A stretch of DNA of 30,074 bases from a virus (Duplodnaviria > Caudoviricetes). Positions within the stretch are counted from its first letter, which is position 1; each line of letters starts with the position of its first letter. The notes under the pieces are model-generated. The model was not told where the DNA came from and did no database searches. It worked only from the letters and a program-made list of their open reading frames with translations. The translations under genes and the position numbers were made by a program. The stretch lies in IMG/VR virus record IMGVR_UViG_3300044513_003232, positions 1 through 30,074 of that record. One strand, given 5' to 3'. Shown piece by piece: positions 1 to 11,500 of the stretch.

Positions 1-1959
1 ATCTCTGGTACTCAGCGTGGAAGTATTAGTGCATCTGGATTTGATCTTTCAACCGATTTTGTTGTAGATCAAAACCTTGCAGAACTCACTCCATTCTTCA
101 GAATTAATGCTGTTGGAGAAAGCGTAGACATTGGTGCCGCTACAACGCAACTCAGAATTAATAACGATGCTTCTATCGAGGCTATTGGTTCTGACACTGA
201 TGTAGACATTACCTTCATTCCAAAAGGAACTGGTAATCTTGTCTTGACTGGTGGAGTTGATAAAGATTTCTCCATCACCGATGGTTCTACTGAGACATTT
301 AAAGTAGATACTGATAGTGGAAATACTACTGTTGGTGGAAGACTTGATATTAATGGTAATATCAGAATTGAAGATAATATTATTTCTTCTACCATCGCCC
401 AAAACGCAACAACATCGTTCGGTCAGATCATCACCATTTCTGCTACTGGAACTGGTACTGGATTTACTGACAATACCTACACTGCAGTAACTTCTACTTC
501 TAATGGAAGTGGCACTGGTGCAACCTTCGACGTTACTGTGTCTGGTGGAGACATCACCGTTATTGCAATCAACGCTGGTGGTGCTGGATATGCTGAGGGT
601 GATGAAATCACACTCAATCCAGCTACCGTTGGTGCTGGAACTGGTAAAACAATCACAGTAACCGACATTGAGGGTGCTGGTCTTATTCTTAGACCCTCTG
701 CAGGTAAGAACGTCAAGGTAGATTCTACCGCGATGTTTGTTGTTCCTACAGGAAACACAAACCAAAGACCACCCGCAGGAGATCGTCAGACTGGTGGTAT
801 CCGCTTCAACTCCGAGCAACAGCAGTTTGAGGGATACAACGGAAACGACTTTGTTTCTCTTGGTGGTGTCCGTGACGTAAACCAAGACACGTACATCCTC
901 ACAGAACTTTCACCTGGAACTAACGAAGATACATTCTTCTTCTACAACCAGGGTGTAAACAGTCTTGATATTACACAAGATAAGTTCAAACTGTATACAG
1001 CAAAAACTTTCGACGCTAGTGGAACTTTAGTTGTAAATGGGACTAACCTTGGTGCAAATCCCTTTGAGGTTCAAACTACTGGATTCCAAGTCATTCAAGT
1101 TACATCTGGAAAAGAGTTACAAGTTTCTGGAGGACTTTCCCTCAAATCTGTTCCCACTCTGGGCGAAATTGCATCTATAGGATCAATTACTTCTGGAGCT
1201 GGTGTATACACTCCAAGTACGACTTTCAATGGAGTTGTCTCAAGTTCTCAGTTTGAAGGTATTGGAGCAGAATTTATTATTGTAACTGATGGATCTGGTT
1301 CCATCCAGAGCATCACTATTGATGTCGCTGGTTCTGGATATGAAGTTAGTGAGATTATTATTATTGATGGATCTCTTCTCGGTGGTACAACTCCAGATCA
1401 TGATGTAACATTCCCAGTTGCAACATTAGCAAATACAACTGCTCCATTCACTCGCTTGAATGTTCTACAGCAGGATTATGTAACTCAATTAGATAACAAA
1501 CCATTCTTAAGTCTTGATGCAAATGGTTCTGAGGCAGCATGGAAGATCAACCGTGGTTGGAATGCGGGAACCGAGTCTTATCTGACCGTATTTGATAGCA
1601 CTGCTACATTTATGGAGTTGAACGATTGTAGAGTAGAAGGTGGTCAACTTTCCTCCTTCAGTGCCAACTCAACAATCGTTCAGTTTGACAAGACTACTTT
1701 CAAGGGTGCTAAGACTCTCGTCACAATCGAAAGTGATGATGGTAAGGTCCATATGCTTGAGGTAACCTCTGTATGTGCTGCAAGTGGAACTGTTGCTCAC
1801 GCTACGGTAACAAATTCAATCACATCAGATAACGATCTGGTAGATGCTACGGTATCTGTTGTTGGTAATAACATCAACATTTCCCTCAACAAATCAAGTC
1901 AAGCAACATCATCCGCAACCTTTACTGGTAGGTTCACAACCACAAAGGTCAAGGTATAA
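1..1959 (+). CDS. C-terminal part of a giant virion structural (baseplate/fibre-associated) protein, 5'-truncated by the window
   Basis: The frame is open from base 1 (ISGTQRGSIS...PKGTGNLVLTGG), so the TTG at 244 is not the true start. Thr/Gly/Ser-rich, with G(S/A)GY repeats (GGAGYAEGD, AGSGYEVSE) and a PTGNTNQRP...GGIRFN...FEGY motif typical of large myophage structural proteins. Stop TAA at 1957-1959. Confidence 0.8.
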   Translation: MSGTQRGSISASGFDLSTDFVVDQNLAELTPFFRINAVGESVDIGAATTQLRINNDASIEAIGSDTDVDITFIPKGTGNLVLTGGVDKDFSITDGSTETFKVDTDSGNTTVGGRLDINGNIRIEDNIISSTIAQNATTSFGQIITISATGTGTGFTDNTYTAVTSTSNGSGTGATFDVTVSGGDITVIAINAGGAGYAEGDEITLNPATVGAGTGKTITVTDIEGAGLILRPSAGKNVKVDSTAMFVVPTGNTNQRPPAGDRQTGGIRFNSEQQQFEGYNGNDFVSLGGVRDVNQDTYILTELSPGTNEDTFFFYNQGVNSLDITQDKFKLYTAKTFDASGTLVVNGTNLGANPFEVQTTGFQVIQVTSGKELQVSGGLSLKSVPTLGEIASIGSITSGAGVYTPSTTFNGVVSSSQFEGIGAEFIIVTDGSGSIQSITIDVAGSGYEVSEIIIIDGSLLGGTTPDHDVTFPVATLANTTAPFTRLNVLQQDYVTQLDNKPFLSLDANGSEAAWKINRGWNAGTESYLTVFDSTATFMELNDCRVEGGQLSSFSANSTIVQFDKTTFKGAKTLVTIESDDGKVHMLEVTSVCAASGTVAHATVTNSITSDNDLVDATVSVVGNNINISLNKSSQATSSATFTGRFTTTKVKV

Positions 1960-1962
1960 ATA
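1955..1962 (+). promoter_or_regulatory. T4-type late promoter TATAAATA
   Basis: Exact gp55 consensus overlapping the stop codon, 20 nt upstream of the ATG at 1983. Confidence 0.8.
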
Positions 1963-1982
1963 ACCTAAGGTAATCTAAAGTC

Positions 1983-2516
1983 ATGCCGATTAAGAACTTT
2001 TCGTCAATTGGAGGCTATGCAGTAGGTTCTACGGAGGTGCTCAGTGATGAGTTTGCTCTGAAGAACATTTCTGCTATGCATATGACTAGTGATCAGTTTT
2101 CTGACGCTAATAAAGACACTTATATTACAAAAGGAACGTCTACTCCAGTTACAAATACAACTCAGTTGACTTTAGATGGTTCTAATGCACTTGCAACCAA
2201 TACTCCTCCTCTTGTAAATGACAGTGTTGCCTTTGTGACCGCAAGGATTTTTGGGCAGGAAACTACCACGAATACATATGTATATGCAAGTCAACTTGAA
2301 GTAATTGTTACTACAAACTCCTCTGGAGTTCCCGCAGTAGCATCTAGTTATGAAAATATCATTAGGCAAAACTTACCAGGACAAGAAACCTGGAGTGTAA
2401 CTCCAGACGCTATTCAGATTGGTTCCGCACCATTTTTTACTTTTGAGGTTGCGGCAGTTACATCATCGTCCACAGTTAAGTGGATCGGAATATTAGAAAT
2501 TACAGTCGTATCTTAA
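1983..2516 (+). CDS. Putative virion structural protein (177 aa, beta-rich)
   Basis: ATG start downstream of a late promoter, located between two giant structural genes, with similar composition and codon usage. Confidence 0.75.
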   Translation: MPIKNFSSIGGYAVGSTEVLSDEFALKNISAMHMTSDQFSDANKDTYITKGTSTPVTNTTQLTLDGSNALATNTPPLVNDSVAFVTARIFGQETTTNTYVYASQLEVIVTTNSSGVPAVASSYENIIRQNLPGQETWSVTPDAIQIGSAPFFTFEVAAVTSSSTVKWIGILEITVVS

Positions 2517-2535
2517 GGATTCGGAGCACACATAA

Positions 2536-5500
2536 ATGAGTCTGAGAATTAATTCTGAACAGCAGAGAATCGAAGGTTCAGGTAAAGTTGCTACTGGTAA
2601 TTGGACAAATGCAACCTATTTTAGAGTAGGAAATCTTGTCACGGTTACTTCAGTTGGTCACACTTTCGTTGATACCGAAGAACTTGAGATTGACGTAACT
2701 TCTGGTGCGGCTACTAGCGGTAACTATGAGATTACAGTAGTCAACTCAGACTCATTTACTTTTAATGATGCTGCCTCTGGAACAATTACAGCAGGAAACA
2801 CTCTGTCTTACAGAACCAGACGTTCCTTAGTTCTGACTGCTGAAGATAAGCTTGGAATTAATGTAGGTATTGGTGGAGACGAAAGAAGTGCAATTATCGT
2901 CACCAAAGATGCCCTAGGTGATGTTCGTGTAGGTATCAATAATACTAATCCAATTTACGAACTGGATGTTGAGGGTCAGATCAGAACTACTCGTTCGATT
3001 ATTTCTGATACTGCAACAATCATCAACCTGGATATCGGAACGATTGTTAACCCAGAACTCAATCTCCGTGCTCCGAACTTAGTCAATTATACGGATACGG
3101 ACGTTACAAGTCCAACATATCAGCAAACATTTTTCCCAACAGCAGATACTCCAGACCTGAGTGATCAGTCTAGACGTATTGCCACAACCGACTTCGTATA
3201 TAAAGTCGCCACCAACGACACTGGTGGTCGTGTATACGTTTCGTCTACGATTGGTAGTGATGATAATGATGGTCGTTCTGCAGCAAGACCACTTAGAAGC
3301 ATTAAGAAAGCTGCTCAAGTAGCATATGGGTTACAGAAAGCAACCCCAGATGCAAGCGACGAATACGTATCGATCATCGTTTCTGGTGGTGAATACTTAG
3401 AAGATAACCCAATCTCTCTGCCAAGAAACTGCTCTCTGATTGGTGACAACCTCCGTAGAGTTGTTGTTAGACCTCTTAACTCTGACCGCCACATGGTCAA
3501 AGCGTCTAACGAAACTTATATTAATGGAGTAACATTTAGAGACGCTTTACAGAATCCAAACGATCCATTCAGCGCAACTCTCTTCACCTGGAAGTATGCT
3601 TTCGTATTTGACGATAAGCAGAGACTCTACTACGAACCAGAACTGAAGCAGGTTCCTGCTCAAGCTGGAGACAAGTATAGAGGCGATAACGTTCAACTCT
3701 TAACGTTCATCGACAATACAGGAACTAATACAGATCTTCAAGTTGGTTATATTGTAACCAATGAACAGGGAGCTATTGTTGGAACAGTTCAATCAGTAAC
3801 CTTTACTGGTCCTGTTGCAACTCCATATTCAACTGGTAGTATGACCGTATTGGTCACCTCTGGTCAGGATGATGTATTCTCTAGTACCGATACTGTTTAT
3901 TATGCTGCAACTTTGGGTCAGGTCCTCAATGATCCAAATAACCCTCCAGTTTCCAATAATGCTGGTTTGATTGACGTTGAGTCACTGAGACCAGAACTCG
4001 AAACAATCTCTAACCAGATTTATCAGCATACATTTGACTCAGAAAGAGAAACCATTCTAGTAAATGGTGCTTCTGTAAATGATGCTACGGATCTTATCAC
4101 GGTTACTGCACACGGACTCTACACTGGTGCTGCAGTTTACTATGATAATGATGGAAACACAAGCATTCCTGGTCTGATTAATCAAAGAGTATATTATGTT
4201 CGTGTACTGACGGCAAATACATTTGAACTCTATGATACATTTACTAATGCAAATCTAGACGCTGCATCAACAACAAAACAAGGTAGAATTGATATTACTG
4301 CCGTTGGTGCAAATACTCATTACCTAACTACTGGCAAAGTAATGCCAGAGTCGGATGAGATTTATATCCAAAGACATCAATTTGCAACTGGCGATCAGGT
4401 AACATATCGCGCCAGCAAGATGGATGCTATTGGTGGTCTTACTGACAATACATCTTACTTTGTATATGTCAAGAACGTCAATTGGATCAAACTTTCTACA
4501 TCTGAAGCAAATGCCATTAGAAAGGATCCATCTGGAAATGATGATCCCGTTACTATTAACTTAACTTCTGCAGGCAAGGGATTCCAGAGATTAGATTTAC
4601 AGGAAAGAATTCTTCCAATTACCACTATTGATACTTCGCTGAATACTCAGACAACTTACAGTGGTCCAATCCTTAATTTAGGATCTACTTCCTATCATGA
4701 TTATGAAGTTGGTCAAGAGGTAAACCTCTATGGATTCCAAAGCTCTGCAGTTGACTTTGGTGGATCTGCAGTATACTCATACAGTCAGAGTGGTACAACA
4801 ATCGATTGTACCATCACTGGAGTAGATATCGCTACAACCACAGCAATTTGGGGTAACCTGCAAGGTCTTGGTGAAGCTGGTCTCAAATTTAACTTCACAA
4901 CTGGCGGTGCAATCTCTAAGACCTACCACTGTGATGAGTTCGTAACTGGAACAGCATTCCCATCACTCGGTAGTACATTACTCGGTTTAGCAAAAGGTAC
5001 ATTTGATACTGGAACTTCCACCGTTAGATTCAGACTGAATGCACCTGACAGTGCAACTAGAAGTGGTAGTTTTGCAATCTTCGATAACATCGAAGACCTG
5101 AATGGTAGAAAGTACATTACCCATCGCATCGAGCGTGCTGATGGATTCTCTCTCGCTTTTGTCGTAAGAGGTAACTATTCTAGGTTTGGTGCGGCAATCG
5201 ACATTGTAGGCGATCAGAGCGTATGCTCAGCGTCTAACTACGTCCTTGCATCCCTTAGAAACTCTCCATACGGATTTAACGCAGTATCGCAAACCGACCG
5301 CTATAGAGACGGTGCTGAGGCAATCAGAGTAAACCAAGAGTTTATTGCTGAAGAAGCATATGCGTACATCAAGTCACACCATACTTCTTCTAGCACAAGA
5401 GGAACTCAAATTTCCATTGGTGGTACAAATTATACCAGCATCACATCTAACGCTAGAACTGGAACATATAGCGTCTCTGGAGCAACTCTGACGGTAACCG

Positions 5501-8500
5501 TTCCTCTTGGTCATGCTGGTTATGCACTGCAAAGTTACTCCTTCACCTTTAGTGGAGTTCTTGCTAATGGTTCCTATGAAGTATCGGACACTCCAGATTA
5601 TAGAACCTTCACAATTATTCTCCCAAATAGCAACAATAGTGGTGAAACTGGCACTGTTACCTTCACAACTCCACTTCCACACGTAACTCCTGGTAGCAAG
5701 CCTCAGTCGGATCGTTATGCTGATGCGTCTTCTCTGATCCTTACCAACCGTGTAATGATTGCTGAAATGGCAGTCGAAAGAATGGTTGCTGAAGAATCAT
5801 TCACAATTCCAACTGGTAATCAATCCTGCAAGGATGACACTGTTGACTTCCTGAAAGCACTTGCATACAACCTCACCTTTGGTGGCAACGATCAAGTCTA
5901 TGATGCTGCAAAGTATTACGTTGATGGTGCTCACGTTGTTGGCGAAGAAGATGAATCTGTAATCGTCTTTAACTATGCTAGAGATCTCGCAATCGCAGCA
6001 ATGCGTAACGAGACATTTGATTCTGCATTTACGACTTACAACCTCGGTGGATATACTCAGGTTAAGGACGCTACCGTAACTCAGGATATCCAAAGTCCCG
6101 CGTGTCAAGATGTTGCTTCTTCTATCACAACATTGACCGCTGTTGTTACTCAGGCAATCGGCAGCACTGGTTCTCCTGGTAACCTCAATGGTGTCACTAG
6201 AACCTATGCTACGGGAGATCAACAGTGCATTGATGACATCGTTAAGGTTCTGAGAGCATGGCAGTATGACCTCCGTTACACTGGCAACTCTGCAACCGCA
6301 GAAGCAGTTAATAAGTATATCAACTCTGGAGCAATTCAGTTCATCGCGGGTGAAGTAGACTTCTCCAGACAAGTCTATGCATACTCCAAAGAGCTTGCTA
6401 ATCTTTCTATTCTCAACGACTTAGGAACTGGTACATTCAGTCAGATTGTTCCAACTGCAAACGGAGCCGTTACTGTTGATCCACTGAACTGCAGCAACGT
6501 AACTTCTGCACTGACTACTCTTTGGACTTCTCTCGATACTGCTCTGAGCACTTCGACTGCAATTACATCCATTACATATCCAGATCCAATCCTTACGGAA
6601 CTCGGATCCAGTCTCTACAGTTTCACTCTCTCGAATGTCTTCCTTGATCTCCCAATCATCGAAGCATCCCCATACATTCAGAACTCTTCTCTGATCTCCT
6701 TCCAGGGTGGTTCTGGTTGTGAAATTGATGGTGCTAAAGTTGCAACACCTAACGTACCTCGCCCAGGTTTGAAACTTGATAGTTTGGGCAATACAGTTGC
6801 TCTGTACGATCCACAGGGCAAGTCGATGGTTGCATCGGCATTCACCATCATCTCCTTCGGTGGTACTGCATACAACATCCTTAATGATGGTTATACACAG
6901 TTGGTTTCTGTGTTTGCTATCTTCTGTCAAGATGGTATCGTTTGTCAGTCTGGTGGTTATGCATCTGTAACCAACTCTGCTTCTAACTTCGGTACATACG
7001 CTCTGCGTGCTACTGGTTATCGTTCTGAACCATATTCGTTCGACATTGGTACTATTACTTCCGTTCAAAACCAAACGGATGCGAATGGTGCCAATACTGG
7101 AAGACAGGAAATCACTATTGCTGGTTCTCTGACTAATATTCCTATTGAAGACTATATCATTAAGATTGATGGATTTACAAATACAAATCCAGCACTGGAA
7201 TATATCATTCTTGAAACTGAGGTTATTAGTGGTTCTGCTGGTTCTTCTGTTGTTGCAACTATCGTAACAAACCAGAAATTAGATCTTACTGAAACTGCAA
7301 CCTCAACTCAATATTCCTACGACCTCGGAAACATCGCTGGTGGTGGAAGTTCCCCTCTGGTTGGTGCAACAATCAAACTCCACAGACCATCGGTCGTCAA
7401 CTCTTCTTCCCACACCTGGGAATACTCTGGATCGGGTAACACCTATGCAGCACTCCCACAGAACGGTGGCGTTGGTAGAGGATCTTCTTTCGAGGCAAGA
7501 GAGGAAGAGTTTGGTCAAGTTTATACCTCTGGTACTAACGAATTTGGTGACTTTAAAGTTGGTGATTTCGTTACTATCTTCAACAGAACTGGTGCTATCA
7601 GCTTCGTTGGTACGGTTGCAATTTCCGAACTGACATCGATTAAGATCACTGGTGGAGACATCACGATTACTGGATTCTCTAACGATGATAACCTCGGTGG
7701 TGCATTTGCATCGGAAGAAATTCTCCCAACTCAGTTTGCTGTTAGATCCTACATCTCCAACAACCTTGGTCCATACCTGAACCAACCATATTCTACAAAC
7801 GCAGTTCCTTCTGCTCTGGTTCAGTTAACTGCAACTGGTAAGATCAACATTGATCAGATTCCAGCACTTCGTCCATTCAATATTACTTCCGTCAACTCCA
7901 CACAAGAGCGTCTTGCACTTGAAGATGTTGTTGCTGGTGACATTGCGATTGAGACCACAACTCAAACATTTAACGTTACACCTTCCGACGTTGATACTTC
8001 GACTGAAGAAATCACAATCATCTCCCATGCATTAACGACTGGTGATGGTCTGATCTATAGTCAGGGAACAACGAATATTGGTGGACTTGCAAACGCAAAT
8101 ACTTATTATGTAATTGTAGTTGATCAAGACACCATTAAACTTGCTGCAACTGAGAGCGATGCAGCAAACGGAACTGCAATTAATCTGACATCACAGGGAA
8201 CTGGAACTCAGGTCTTTACAACACAGGGTATTGCAGTTTCTTACATTCTGGAGAATGATTTAGATTCCCAGTATGTTACTTTCGCACCAAACAGCGGATA
8301 TACATTCACCAACAGTAATTTAATTGTTGGTAGTTCTACTGACGCTAGAGGCGTTATCACTGACTATAACGATGGTGCAGTGTTTAGATATGATATTAAC
8401 ATTGCTGGTTCTGGATATACAAACGACTTTGCACTCACAATTTCCGCTCCAGACGATACTATTAACGGTGTTCAAGCTGCGGCAACTGCTAATGTTACAA

Positions 8501-11500
8501 GTGGAAGCGTTGTATCTGTAACTATCACAAACCTCGGTAAAGGATATTACAGTGCTCCAACGGTTACCGTTCCAACATCTCCAGCTGGAGCATTAAATAA
8601 CGCAGATATCGCTGGTGCAGTAGAAGGTAGAGTCTATGTAGATATTGCAAATAATATCAAGTTTGACTCTGGTGACTTTATTCTTGATGGATCTGGGGCA
8701 AACCTCGGAACTGGTACATATGACCAAAGTGCGGTGGATGGTCAAGGAAATCCAATCAATACTACCACCATTGTTGTCACAGAGACCGCTCACGGTTTAA
8801 GCACTAGTGATCTCGTTTATCTCGACTTCACTTCTGGAACTGCTCCAGATGGATTCTTTACAATCACAGTTCTCAACAATAATCAGTATCAAGTAACTAC
8901 CACAACTGCTTCTACCACAAGTGGAAATGTTGCTAGAAAGAGAATTGTTGATATCCTCAGAGCAGTTAACACCTCTGCATCCGACGCAGCAAATTGGACA
9001 CAGTTAACTTCGACAAACATCGATGCTTCCAACATCGTTTCTGGTACGATTGACCCACAGCGTCTCGCTTCCAGAGGTACAGCAAACAACTTTACCTTCT
9101 TGCGTGGTGACTCTTCATATGAGTATGCGCTGCAGTCTATTAGACCAGAAACATCAGACGTAATGGTGATTACTGGTTCCGTCACTGATACAACTTACAT
9201 TGATACTATTACTATCAATAATGGCGGTGCTGGTTACACTGATGGTACTTATCAGAACATCCCAATGGAGGGTGGAACTGCTGCTCAGGGTGGTGCTGCA
9301 ATTACAGCAGCAGACGATAATGTAGCGCGTGCAACCTATATCGTTACCAGTGGCGTTATCACATCTGCATCTGTCACTGACTCTGGAAGTGGATATGCTG
9401 CTAACTTCTCTCTCACTGTTCCAAGTGAACTCGGTTCCCCATCGCAAGCAGCAACCCTCACTGCCAATAAAGGAACAGTCGCTAGAGCGTATGGTGACAT
9501 TAGAGTTGACGTAAGAAAGGCAAACAACGCTACATCTCAGGCTGCTGGTGTTTATGGTAATTATGGTGTTGCCAAGTTCCGCAAAGCGGCGGCGGATCAG
9601 GCACTTGCAAACCAGACTGAAGCTGGATTTATTGTTAGTGCTAATGGCGAAGTAAGTCTCGATCAGGGAACAGGATCTAAATTAACTGCTGAATTCATCG
9701 AATCTGCAGGTACTAAATTGTCTGCTTCAGATCTGATCGATGCATCTCTGTTTACTCAGGGGACTCTCGACCCTGCTCGTATTGCTGCTGGTACATATGG
9801 TATTAGTATTACTGGCACTGCAGCAAAAGCAACCACAGTTAACGTAGACGAAGTTGGTATTACTTCCAACCCAGCACCTTCGGGTGCTGCTGCGGGTCTG
9901 GAACTTCACACCAGAAATAACAGTGCAGTTTCTCTAACTGATGGTGGTACAAAGGCAGGTATTCTGACATTCAGAAGACAGTCAATCAACCAAACCAGAG
10001 CAGTCACTCAAATTGGATTCACCGATAACAATAATCTTTGGGTCCGTGGTGATAGTGGTGGAGCAAATGGTCAAACGGCATACTCCGATTGGTATGAAAT
10101 TTGGTCCTCTGGAAATGATGGTCGATCAAATCTCACTGCTGGTACGGGTGTAAATCAGGCATCTACCTTAGCGCCAAACGCAGGTTACCTCGACGGTCAA
10201 AGTGGTCTCTGGTATCAATCTGGTCATAACGTTGGTGATAGAAGAGGTCATGGTAAGATTGGTATTGGAGTTATTCCAGAAGTTCTCGGTAGAGACAAGT
10301 ATGTACTGAATAACTTCAGAGTTCATGCAACAGGCAACAAGTTTGAGTTCTATGTTCCCAACTTCCATGTAAACAGTGGACCCAGTGGAAACATTGCAAA
10401 TAGCGGAACGTACACTCTATACGAAGATGCTAATGCTACTCAAAACATCGGAACCTTCACCGTTGACCCCGCTGGTGTAACTGAAGGAACTGGTAATGAT
10501 GGTGCGATCTACTCCACCATTACTGGTACTGCTTCCTTTACTGCAGGTAAGAATGGTGAAAATGTTTATCTGATTGGTCCTAGTGCATCTGGAAGTACAC
10601 GATGGACAGTAACCTCTGCTAATGAATTAGTTGCTTCATCAGCACAATTACTTGCTGTTCTGAATGATGCCAATGGTGCAATCTTAGAACTCGGTAAAGA
10701 TGGAGTATCCACTGTACCTAAAATTGAATTTAGATCTAGTGGTCAGGCAACTGCTTATGATGTTCAACTTCAAGTTTCTGGTGGTTCTGCAACCAACGGT
10801 GAAGGCACACTCAGAATTAATGCTGGTGATGTAACCATCAACGGTAATACCGTATGGCATTCTGGTAATGATGGTGCAACTTCCGAGTTGGATGCTCGTT
10901 ATCTCCAAGGTGCTGAGCCAGCAACAACAGCAACCGCAAGCACTATCGTAAAGAGAGATGCGAGTGGAAATATCAACGGTGTAGACTTTGCAGGTGACCA
11001 AATCACTCTGACGAATACAGGTACATCGATCCTGAACCTTGCTGATGCTAATGGTATTACATTAGGTAAGGCTGGCACAAACATACTTTCCGTCATAGGT
11101 AAAGGAAACGCCAACACTGGATATATTCGTTTCGGTAATGATACACGCGATTTTGGGTGGGATGGAACCTCCTTATCTTATGGTGGGGTTTACTTCCGTA
11201 GTTCTCGTTTGGGTATTGGAGTAACCAATCCATTAACAAACATCCATATACAATCTGGTACTGCCACCAATGATGGTGATGGTAGCGCGGGGCTGACTCA
11301 GACTGGCACTGAGGCAATGCTCATTGATCTACCTGCATTCACCGTTGGTGAAACATATGGTTCTATTGCATGGATGTCTGGAACTCGTAGAAGAGCGATG
11401 ATCTCTGCAATTGCAGAAAACACTGACGGTGATTATGTTGGTCTTACCTTCTATACTCAAGGAACTGATGGTGCTGGTGACTTCTTTGAGTCCATGAGAA

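Noticed and set aside
244-246. TTG start for the first ORF
   Set aside because: The frame is open from base 1, so the gene starts upstream of the window.
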